Shown: positions 26,472-33,996, counted from the stretch's first letter. The stretch is 64,000 nt of DNA from a virus (IMGVR_UViG_3300020045_007949:1-64000), one strand, 5' to 3'. Translations and numbers: made by a program. Notes: generated by a model from the sequence alone, not told the origin.

Positions 26472-26536
26472 TCCAACCAAAAGGATTGCGATAATTTGAG
26501 GCGAAGCCGAAGACATTTCGTAATCCGAAAGTTGGA
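26472..26536 (+). ncRNA. structured RNA element B (homolog of A)
   Basis: TCCAAC/GTTGGA plus GGATTGCGA/TCGTAATCC, apical GGC-GAA-GCC. Confidence 0.6.
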
Positions 26537-26548
26537 CTCACTGATATT

Positions 26549-26585
26549 AAAATCCCTTCAATTTATGACGATTGAAGGGATTTTT
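26549..26585 (+). terminator. intrinsic terminator
   Basis: AAAATCCCTTCAAT/ATTGAAGGGATTTT plus T. Confidence 0.85.
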
Positions 26586-26601
26586 GCGTTTTATTGATAA
26601 C

Positions 26602-26632
26602 TTGGAAATAAGAAATATTTTTCGTATATTTG
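26602..26632 (+). promoter_or_regulatory. Bacteroidota-type promoter
   Basis: TTG-N20-TATATTTG. Confidence 0.7.
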
Positions 26633-26676
26633 CCATTGAAATTTCACATTGATTAATCAAAAAAACCAACTCAACA

Positions 26677-27084
26677 ATGAAAAGTTTAATTTTAGCTTTC
26701 TTTTTATTAATTTCAAGTTTGACATTTGCTCAGACAAATCCTGCGACGAACTTTGTACCTGCTTTAGATACATTAACAAATGCTGGCACAGCACCATTGA
26801 CAAAACTCTTGGTTGCACCTTATTCGACCGTAACAGTACAGGTAAAGGTAACTAAGATTTCGGGAACAGTTGGTGGAACAGTAACTTTAACAGGTAGTAT
26901 CGACGGAAGTATTTATTATGCTATTTCGGGTGCTTCCTCATTGACGCTTACTGATACTGCAACGCAAGGAACAATTTGGATTGTAACAGGAAACCCTTAT
27001 AGTTATTACAAAGTCTTGGGTACAGGAACAGGAACTATGGCAGCTTCAATATCAGCAAAAGTTCTGCCGAGAAAGAATTTCTAA
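26677..27084 (+). CDS. secreted or exported beta-rich protein
   Basis: Signal peptide MKSLILAFFLLISSLTFAQ; Thr/Gly-rich. Confidence 0.75.
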   Translation: MKSLILAFFLLISSLTFAQTNPATNFVPALDTLTNAGTAPLTKLLVAPYSTVTVQVKVTKISGTVGGTVTLTGSIDGSIYYAISGASSLTLTDTATQGTIWIVTGNPYSYYKVLGTGTGTMAASISAKVLPRKNF

Positions 27085-27095
27085 GTAGCCTACAC

Positions 27096-27135
27096 AAAAA
27101 AATCCGTATAGTTTTGTCATTGTGCGGATTTTTTT
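27096..27135 (+). terminator. intrinsic terminator
   Basis: AAAAAAATCCGTA/TGCGGATTTTTTT. Confidence 0.75.
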
Positions 27136-27146
27136 ATTTAAAAACA

Positions 27147-27178
27147 TTTGGAATTTAATTTTATTAGTACTACATTTG
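27147..27178 (+). promoter_or_regulatory. promoter of the leader and tRNA array 2
   Basis: TTTG-N20-TACATTTG; predicted +1 near 27183. Confidence 0.8.
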
Positions 27179-27182
27179 TGAC

Positions 27183-27245
27183 ATGAAAAACATTTCTCTA
27201 CATACTCAACGCCAACTACCGCAAAATTTATTTGAGGAGTGCTGA
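27183..27245 (+). CDS. putative leader peptide MKNISLHTQRQLPQNLFEEC
   Basis: ATG at predicted +1; 8 of codons 6-14 are CNN; stop 25 nt before the terminator. Confidence 0.65.
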   Translation: MKNISLHTQRQLPQNLFEEC

Positions 27246-27269
27246 CTATGTATTGAATTTCAATATTAG

Positions 27270-27309
27270 AAAATGGCTTCTCATTAATTTGAGAAGCCAT
27301 TTTTATTTT
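27270..27309 (+). terminator. attenuator terminator upstream of tRNA array 2
   Basis: Perfect 14-bp stem AAAATGGCTTCTCA/TGAGAAGCCATTTT, then TATTTT. Confidence 0.85.
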
Positions 27310-27311
27310 AA

Positions 27312-27387
27312 CTATCGGTGGAGGAGTCAGCCCGTCCTCGCCTGTCTTGGACACAGGAGTTCGCAAGTTGGAATCTTGCTCGATAGA
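27312..27387 (+). tRNA. tRNA-Pro(TGG)
   Basis: CTATCGG/TCGATAG, CCTGT-CT TGG AC-ACAGG, T arm GCAAG-TTGGAAT-CTTGC. Confidence 0.85.
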
Positions 27388-27443
27388 CGATTAAGACTGT
27401 TATTAATTCATAGGTCGTGTGTAGATGCGTAGAATTAAATTAT

Positions 27444-27515
27444 TTCGGATTGTTGTAATGGTTAGCAAATTTGTTTTTGAAGCAAATAGTTGGGGTTCAA
27501 ATCCCTAATCCGAAT
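27444..27515 (+). tRNA. tRNA-Gln(TTG)
   Basis: TTCGGAT/ATCCGAA, TTTGT-TT TTG AA-GCAAA. Confidence 0.9.
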
Positions 27516-27516
27516 C

Positions 27517-27585
27517 TAAGGCGTAGTTTAATTAAAACGACTTTTATGGGGAGAGTTGATATAGGTGAGAATCCTGTCTCTTTTA
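27517..27585 (+). pseudogene. degenerate tRNA-Pro(TGG)
   Basis: Cloverleaf with mismatched acceptor, loop TA TGG GG (A33), T loop TGAGAAT. Confidence 0.6.
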
Positions 27586-27588
27586 CAT

Positions 27589-27660
27589 GGTGTTATTACG
27601 CTAAAGGTAGGCGGATAGATTGTGAATCTATTGGTAACGGTTCGACCCCGTTATAATACC
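27589..27660 (+). tRNA. tRNA-His(GTG)
   Basis: G-1:C73 signature, ATAGA-TT GTG AA-TCTAT. Confidence 0.92.
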
Positions 27661-27666
27661 CTAAAA

Positions 27667-27741
27667 GGCGATATGATGCAAATGGAAGACATAGGATACT
27701 TAGAATATCCTTTTTTAAAGGTTCAAATCCTTTTATCGTCA
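27667..27741 (+). tRNA. tRNA-Leu(TAG) with short variable loop
   Basis: GGCGATA/TATCGTC, GGATA-CT TAG AA-TATCC. Confidence 0.85.
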
Positions 27742-27742
27742 C

Positions 27743-27816
27743 AATTTTATAGTTTAACGGAAAAACAGCCAAATACGAATTGGCAGACGATTGTTCGATT
27801 CAGTCTAAAATTACCA
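27743..27816 (+). tRNA. tRNA-Arg(ACG), CCA encoded
   Basis: AATTTTA/TAAAATT-A-CCA, GCCAA-AT ACG AA-TTGGC. Confidence 0.88.
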
Positions 27817-27852
27817 ATATAGCCAAGACTCATATATTGGCTATATCTTTTT
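27817..27852 (+). terminator. terminator closing tRNA array 2
   Basis: ATATAGCCAA/TTGGCTATAT plus CTTTTT. Confidence 0.75.
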
Positions 27853-28222
27853 CTATTAGTGAATAAATCTTTTCTGTAATCCAACCATTCAAATAACAAT
27901 ACGCTTCTTGCGGTGAAACTGTATAATCTATTCCAAGTCTTTCGCACACAAAGAATGTGGCGTGACTAATTTCGTGACTCAAAGTTGATTTCCAAGAATA
28001 AGAGTCTAAATATCTATCTGTATTTATTATGATTAATCCATGATGATTATGGCAATACCAACTATCTGCATAAAACTCAGACAATTCGTCTTTCAATGTA
28101 GCCATTAATAAGTCATTGGGTCTATATTTTTCAAACACAAAATCGCATATTTCATTAGGATTATTATGAACTGAAAATACAAACTGTATTGGGTAAATTT
28201 CACTCTTAAAAGTTTGTAACAT
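27830..28222 (-). CDS. HExxH metallopeptidase-like protein
   Basis: HEISH followed by QEAYCYL; start moved to ATG 28222. Confidence 0.65.
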   Translation of the reverse strand: MLQTFKSEIYPIQFVFSVHNNPNEICDFVFEKYRPNDLLMATLKDELSEFYADSWYCHNHHGLIIINTDRYLDSYSWKSTLSHEISHATFFVCERLGIDYTVSPQEAYCYLNGWITEKIYSLIEKDIANI

Positions 28223-28223
28223 A

Positions 28224-29399
28224 TTATCTCTTCCAGTTAAAAAATAATTCACTAAATAATTTTCCCTCTTCATTGTAGTTAAAAAATACGATACCGCTTT
28301 TACCTTTCTTATATCCCGTTTGAACCCAATTAGAAGAAGGAGATAACGCTGGGTAATTGTAGTAATTGAATCTATCCGAAGTTGAGTTGTCGAATAAATA
28401 TTGGTGACTATCTCCTTTAGAAAACTCGATTACAACGTCTTTTTGAAGTAAAAAGTGTTCATCTATATAGTTATTTATTTTACCCTCTTGTATGGCATCT
28501 AAATGTGGCTTAAATCCAAACTTTAGGTTCTTAGAGTCTTTGCCGTGAGAGAGAATGAATATGTATTTTCCTACATTGTAGTGTTCAATGAACTTTCTGT
28601 GATTATAAACCTCAACTCTTCCTTTATGACACGCTTCCATATAAGTCTTAATTGCCGAATTTGCTATATAATCAAAAGATGCTGAATGGTTTGATTCACA
28701 CACGTTATGACAAATAACCTTGTCATAAGTCAAAAGAAACGCCTCTATCATTCTTCTCTTGAAAGAAAACCCTAAATCAAACGCTTCTTGGTTTCCCATA
28801 TTTTGAGGCAAATCATGTTCTCTTCTTACAGTTTTGCCATCGAATCCGTCGAAGAAGTCGCCTAAATCATCAATGTAGAGCGTATTTGATTTTTGGTTAT
28901 ACATTGCGTGACTAACTATTCTTATCAATCTATCTTCCACTTCTTCCTTATCCCACTTACCGCCATAAAGAGAATAGCCGTCCTCATTTGGTGTCATACC
29001 AATGTGAGTATCTGTAAATACTAATCTATCAAATGAATTACTTAAACCCAAAACACTAACTTTTTTAATTTCAATCGGCTTTAAAAGTGGCTCAAACTTT
29101 GCAAGGAAATTTCCTAAAATATCAACCACTTCTCTTTCTTGTTTTTCTTCGTAATAGGGATTCTCAACTCTCACAGATTCGCTCTTAGTTTTTAGCCAAA
29201 TCATTTTAACATCTTTCGGAGAAACACCTACATTATTACAGGCATCTACTATTCCATCGCTATTTTCTTCTCTTAGTCCTCTATACTCGTAAACCTGTTC
29301 TATTTGTTCCTGTGTTAGCCTGTATCTATTCTTAACTGTACTGTGTGTTAGCCCTAATAATGTGATTTCGTCTTGCGTGAGAGTCAGTTTCCTGTTCAT
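28224..29399 (-). CDS. calcineurin-like metallophosphoesterase
   Basis: FTDTHIG, DLGDFFDG, ESNH, SHG, GDSHQ motifs; start moved to ATG 29399. Confidence 0.85.
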   Translation of the reverse strand: MNRKLTLTQDEITLLGLTHSTVKNRYRLTQEQIEQVYEYRGLREENSDGIVDACNNVGVSPKDVKMIWLKTKSESVRVENPYYEEKQEREVVDILGNFLAKFEPLLKPIEIKKVSVLGLSNSFDRLVFTDTHIGMTPNEDGYSLYGGKWDKEEVEDRLIRIVSHAMYNQKSNTLYIDDLGDFFDGFDGKTVRREHDLPQNMGNQEAFDLGFSFKRRMIEAFLLTYDKVICHNVCESNHSASFDYIANSAIKTYMEACHKGRVEVYNHRKFIEHYNVGKYIFILSHGKDSKNLKFGFKPHLDAIQEGKINNYIDEHFLLQKDVVIEFSKGDSHQYLFDNSTSDRFNYYNYPALSPSSNWVQTGYKKGKSGIVFFNYNEEGKLFSELFFNWKR

Positions 29400-29486
29400 A
29401 GTGGTAATGATAAAGTAGAAAATAAATTTGTTTTTGAAATTGTTTTTTCTTATATTTAATGTAAAATTAAGGATAAGAAACCATAG

Positions 29487-30158
29487 ATGCAAACTAATTG
29501 CGATATATTTGAGTGTAAAGAGGATATAAATTCATTAAATTATTGTTCGGATGGATTTATTGTAGATTTGTCGCCATTCAATAATGAAGAAGTATTTTGT
29601 TACATAAAAGTTGCTGGCAGAGAATATTGCCAATCAGTTACCGTAACTGATAATTTGGCTACAATCAACTGGAAACCAAGCGAATACCTTGCAAAAGGAA
29701 CTTATCATGCTGAAATAACTTTCAAAGATTCTGAGAAAGAAAAGATTCAAGTAACGGCAAATGATTGCCAATTATATTGCGGATTTGATGTATGGATTAC
29801 AACAACTTGTGAAAGTGGTTATAAATACTTGAATGAGAAATGTGGCGTAAATCTACCAACAATTGACTCGCCTACGTCTTTAGTTTGCAACTGGATATTA
29901 TCAATAAAAACCTGTACTTGGACATTAACTTCAAATTCAATGATAACTGTTATATATAACGGAAAACAAATTAAATTAAATAGCAATCCAAAAGACGGTT
30001 CTTTTGTAAATGACGACTTCTTAGACGAATTAGACGCTATCGAGGATAACGCATTTCTTGTAAGTCTCGAAGGTGGCGATATTAATATTGAATATACAGG
30101 ATTATCTGATGTAGAAATCCTTGTAGGTTGTAATAAGGTAACTAAAACTTGTGAGTAA
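29487..30158 (+). CDS. Cys-rich putative virion protein
   Basis: ORF track; about 14 Cys in 223 aa. Confidence 0.55.
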   Translation: MQTNCDIFECKEDINSLNYCSDGFIVDLSPFNNEEVFCYIKVAGREYCQSVTVTDNLATINWKPSEYLAKGTYHAEITFKDSEKEKIQVTANDCQLYCGFDVWITTTCESGYKYLNEKCGVNLPTIDSPTSLVCNWILSIKTCTWTLTSNSMITVIYNGKQIKLNSNPKDGSFVNDDFLDELDAIEDNAFLVSLEGGDINIEYTGLSDVEILVGCNKVTKTCE

Positions 30159-30510
30159 AATGTTAGAATTTAGACAGTTGGGTGAATCATCCATTAAAGT
30201 CTTTGGTGATTCAGAAAAAAAAGCAGGAAGTATAACCGACCAATGTTGCTATACACTCCTTTATTTAGACAAAGTGCCACACCCAATTAAGATTAAGTAC
30301 GAGGTTGGTAAGGGTGGATACCTTAACAAAAAGAAGGATGGAGTTTATTTGTATCGTGAAAAGATGATTGAAATTTTCAATTACTTGTACGAATCAGAGG
30401 CTCTAAGAATCCTTTTAAGAAAGAAACAAGTTGAATTAAATAGAAACCATATCGAGGAAAATACGTATTTAAGTATTCTTCAAAGATACGAAAAAGAAAT
30501 AAAGCTATGA
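30151..30510 (+). CDS. hypothetical protein
   Basis: ORF track. Confidence 0.7.
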   Translation: MSKMLEFRQLGESSIKVFGDSEKKAGSITDQCCYTLLYLDKVPHPIKIKYEVGKGGYLNKKKDGVYLYREKMIEIFNYLYESEALRILLRKKQVELNRNHIEENTYLSILQRYEKEIKL

Positions 30511-30596
30511 GCGTAGTAAAACCAACCCCAAAGATTCAAAGACCCACGATTGTGAAATCAAAACCAACAGGCTGTTCACGATGTGGCAAAAAATAA
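30507..30596 (+). CDS. 29-aa basic peptide with CxxC (not in ORF track)
   Basis: MSVVKPTPKIQRPTIVKSKPTGCSRCGKK; ATGA overlap. Confidence 0.5.
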   Translation: MSVVKPTPKIQRPTIVKSKPTGCSRCGKK

Positions 30597-30859
30597 TTAA
30601 CCTCAAAGACCAACTTCTTGAAATTTATATAGGATATAAAAATTTAATCCTATATAAATTAGATAGATTCGAGGAAGAAGATACTCTTGAATATAAGAGA
30701 AAGAAAAAGATTTGCACCAAAGATTGCCCTCTGCAATCTTCTTTTTGTGGTATCGCATATTGTGACCCAATGAAAGAACATGACGACGAGAGAGGCTGTG
30801 GGTGTATTATAGAAGCTAAATTATGGAGCGATTCTCCATGTCCTTTAAATAAATTTTAA
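30581..30859 (+). CDS. small Cys-rich (metal-binding) protein
   Basis: CTKDC, FCGIAYC, GCGC...CP. Confidence 0.65.
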   Translation: MWQKIINLKDQLLEIYIGYKNLILYKLDRFEEEDTLEYKRKKKICTKDCPLQSSFCGIAYCDPMKEHDDERGCGCIIEAKLWSDSPCPLNKF

Positions 30860-30862
30860 GAA

Positions 30863-31849
30863 ATGAATTGTTTTGATGTAGGAATAAGACTTTGTGGTGG
30901 CGAATCTGCTTATTACGTGGACGACATAATGGGCGTTTCATCTAATATTGTTCACGCATTAAAGGAGAATGAACAACAAAGATTTTCTGATTTCTTTACT
31001 CAGTTAAATGATTCTGCTTACAAGGATTTCTTAAAAGACCTCGAATTAGAACTACTTAAAAGAAAGAAATTTAACCACATTGTTTCCGAGACTAAACCTT
31101 ATAGTGGCTCGGTAAAAACTGAACTATTTACGAATAAAGGAACTATTGGTTACAGAATCGAACTTCCTTATCACCAATTCACCGAGTACCATTTAAGAGG
31201 ATACGATTTATTTGCACATCGCTCAGGCTCGGTTCAAGTTCGTGTAACCGATTTAATTAGTGGCGATTTGGTTTACGTAAAGGATTTTGACCTAAACAGA
31301 GGAAAAAATACCATCTCAATCGACAAAAGATTCTACTCAAAAGACTCTACCCATTACTTCGTAGGAATTAATATTGGAACGGCAGTTTTAGAAACCGCTT
31401 CTTGCGATGGTCATGTTTTTAAGAACACTGGCTGTTGCGAATATCTTGTATGTGATTGCGAGAATGAACACGGAATCATAGAGCCTTGCGAATATATGAG
31501 TTGTGAGACTTTGATTAAAACTCACTGTAAAGTATTTTGTATCAACGCTGCCATTAGATGCAATCTTGAAGATATTCTATGCGAGTACAAGGAGTTTTTC
31601 AACGAAGCCTTTAAGTATAAAGTTGCACTCAACATCTTAAATCACAAAATCACATCTAACGAGCGAGGCTGGTATATTGATTCTAATATTTCAGATTTGC
31701 GAGAATTTACTATTCCCGAACTAAAAGAGTCTTATTATAAATTAATGCACTTAGGAATTACCAATATATCGGATTTGCTAAATGACTCTATCTGTTTCTC
31801 GTCCGATGGCGTTAGTGGATTAATTCCGCAAGCTGGCTCTTATGCTTAA
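30863..31849 (+). CDS. putative head-tail connector/adaptor
   Basis: Size, position, C-terminal helical region; inference. Confidence 0.45.
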   Translation: MNCFDVGIRLCGGESAYYVDDIMGVSSNIVHALKENEQQRFSDFFTQLNDSAYKDFLKDLELELLKRKKFNHIVSETKPYSGSVKTELFTNKGTIGYRIELPYHQFTEYHLRGYDLFAHRSGSVQVRVTDLISGDLVYVKDFDLNRGKNTISIDKRFYSKDSTHYFVGINIGTAVLETASCDGHVFKNTGCCEYLVCDCENEHGIIEPCEYMSCETLIKTHCKVFCINAAIRCNLEDILCEYKEFFNEAFKYKVALNILNHKITSNERGWYIDSNISDLREFTIPELKESYYKLMHLGITNISDLLNDSICFSSDGVSGLIPQAGSYA

Positions 31850-32226
31850 TTAAAATATAAGGATTCTAATTGAATTTTAATAGCCTTTAGAATCCTCAAT
31901 CTTATCGCCAATGATTGATTCATAGTTGCTCTATCAGTTGACAATGCAGGAATAAATCTACTCCAACAAAGACTTCTTTTGTGATAACCTTTCAAGCAGA
32001 AGTTGTATTCCTTTTTAAACGCCTTAAAATTATCCATTAAGAAGTCCTTTCCTAAATTGCTTATTTTCCCGTAAATAGGATACTCAAAACCTTGTCTTTT
32101 TAAGAAATCACACACTCCATTCTGCATATTATTCTCGACCAACTCTTTATATTCCGCCTCAGCGAAATCTGTATAATACTCTATTGCAATATTAATTGCC
32201 CTCAAAATTTCTTCTTTATTTTCCAT
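31846..32226 (-). CDS. hypothetical protein
   Basis: ORF track. Confidence 0.65.
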   Translation of the reverse strand: MENKEEILRAINIAIEYYTDFAEAEYKELVENNMQNGVCDFLKRQGFEYPIYGKISNLGKDFLMDNFKAFKKEYNFCLKGYHKRSLCWSRFIPALSTDRATMNQSLAIRLRILKAIKIQLESLYFN

Positions 32227-32227
32227 G

Positions 32228-32473
32228 TTATTTCCTAAATATATCTTCTAAGTTAAATCCAAAGTAATCAACTACATACTTCATTTCGATAGCCAAATAA
32301 CCATTTTTCATATAGCACTCGATACCACTATCGTCATAAACTGATTCGCAATTTAATACTTTCTGAAAATCCTCTATTTGATATATTGGTAAAAACATAA
32401 TCACATCATCATTGTGCCAATTATATTCAATGGTTTCCTCTAAAACGAATCTTAATAAATCTGTTGCTTTCAT
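32228..32473 (-). CDS. hypothetical protein
   Basis: ORF track. Confidence 0.7.
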   Translation of the reverse strand: MKATDLLRFVLEETIEYNWHNDDVIMFLPIYQIEDFQKVLNCESVYDDSGIECYMKNGYLAIEMKYVVDYFGFNLEDIFRK

Positions 32474-32653
32474 ATCTTGTTTTGTAAGTTTTTAATTCTC
32501 ATTTTCCATTCAACTTTTTTACCTATTTTCTTCGCTTCATTTGCACTTTGCGGAGAATCTCCCCAATATTCACCGCAATCTGAAACAGGAAATCCTTTAA
32601 ATTCTTTTGCATCAGAGCCATCTTCACTCTTTCCATAAAAAATTGGCATATAT

Positions 32654-33007
32654 TTAGTTATTTTTAATTTCTTCTTTGAGCCTTAATATGTCTCTAACGA
32701 CTAAAAATGTGCCACTAATTTGCGACTTAACCCAATAATCTGAGTCATAGTCTTCTCTTTGCATATAACTATACGCTCTAAAGTTTCTTTCATTAACCAT
32801 TCTTTCAGATATTTGATATATCTCTTTAGTAGTGCCTCCGTCGAAAAACCCACAATCGCTACAACCACTCCAAAAAGTAGGATTATCACTATTGTCCACA
32901 GTTTCTATTGGATGTAATTTATTGCCACAGCGAGTGCACAAGTTACCATCTTTATTGTCAATGCGTTTTTGACATTCTTCTTTCGTTGTTTGATATTGTT
33001 TCTCCAT
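32654..33007 (-). CDS. Zn-ribbon protein
   Basis: CTRCG and CSDCG. Confidence 0.7.
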   Translation of the reverse strand: MEKQYQTTKEECQKRIDNKDGNLCTRCGNKLHPIETVDNSDNPTFWSGCSDCGFFDGGTTKEIYQISERMVNERNFRAYSYMQREDYDSDYWVKSQISGTFLVVRDILRLKEEIKNN

Positions 33008-33026
33008 ATATTTAGTTATTTTTCTT

Positions 33027-33058
33027 CAAAGGTAGTTACTAAAATAACACTTGTCAAG
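33027..33058 (-). promoter_or_regulatory. Bacteroidota-type promoter
   Basis: CTTG(ACA)-N20-TACCTTTG. Confidence 0.7.
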
Positions 33059-33135
33059 TAAACTGTAAAATATATTTTCAATATTAGGTTTTCTCCTAAT
33101 TATTTTGTATTTTTAAGTTAAAATACGACAGTTTC

Positions 33136-33411
33136 ATGTATAAATTAACTGATTCACTTGGCAATGTAGTTTTCAATTCAAATTACGAATTGAGTAATGA
33201 AAATATTTCCGTTAATGATAATGAGAGGTATGTTTTTACTATTTGTAACAATAAGAATTGTGGAGATATTACAGTTGAATTATTCTTGAATGGAAAATTA
33301 TGTAAATCAGTCGAGATTTTAGACGGAAAAACTGGCTCAATTCCTTTTAAAACAGGCATTGCAGATTCGATTACTGTTAGACAATATCCAAAATATACTA
33401 TACCAGCCTAA
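33136..33411 (+). CDS. hypothetical structural-module protein
   Basis: ORF track. Confidence 0.6.
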   Translation: MYKLTDSLGNVVFNSNYELSNENISVNDNERYVFTICNNKNCGDITVELFLNGKLCKSVEILDGKTGSIPFKTGIADSITVRQYPKYTIPA

Positions 33412-33426
33412 CTAAATTGTTTCACA

Positions 33427-33915
33427 ATGTTCACAGCCGACTTATCAGGTTTAAATCGCCTTATTGCACAATTAGAGCAACGTAAATTAGACTACCAAGT
33501 TGCGTTGGATGATGCAGTAGATTTGGCAAGAACAACCATTCTAAACAGGGTGAAATTAGGTCAATTAGTTGATGGCGGATACAGAGTTAGTAATAATCCA
33601 TATCAAGGTAGTAGATACTCAGAGAGACAATTTAGGTTTAGAAGAAAAAGAAGTTTGCCTACATCTGCTCATACATTATACGTCACTGGCGATTTATTTA
33701 ACAACTTTGTAGTAGATAAGAGAATCCCTGTCGCAAGTACGAGTAATCTATTTATCAGAACACTTGGATTTACCAATAGAAATGTAAGAGGAAAGCAAAT
33801 CACTTACGCAGAATTGGCAAGAATACAGGAAAATAAAACAGGAATAGGTTTTCAATTAAGCCCTTCTCAATTAATAAGAGTGATGGCAAGATTTAAACAA
33901 GTAGCAAGGCTGTAA
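33427..33915 (+). CDS. putative neck/tail completion protein
   Basis: Basic, Arg-rich; position before terminator/chaperone/tape measure. Confidence 0.55.
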   Translation: MFTADLSGLNRLIAQLEQRKLDYQVALDDAVDLARTTILNRVKLGQLVDGGYRVSNNPYQGSRYSERQFRFRRKRSLPTSAHTLYVTGDLFNNFVVDKRIPVASTSNLFIRTLGFTNRNVRGKQITYAELARIQENKTGIGFQLSPSQLIRVMARFKQVARL

Positions 33916-33996
33916 GCCTTTTAGCGTTTATAAATATTGAATATTATGAAAGACATTAGAATTTAATGAAAGACAAAGAATTTGAAATAAAATCAG

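Noticed and set aside
26104-26517. Canonical hammerhead ribozymes in elements A and B
   Set aside because: GAG...CGAA is present but the CUGANGA core and a proper stem III are missing
27388-27443. Possible structured RNA in the Pro-Gln spacer
   Set aside because: Only 3-bp helices; no T-loop or closing stem
27232-27947. ORF-track entries overlapping tRNA array 2 (27232-27432, 27471-27656, 27622-27822, 27747-27947)
   Set aside because: They overlie tRNAs and terminators; spurious
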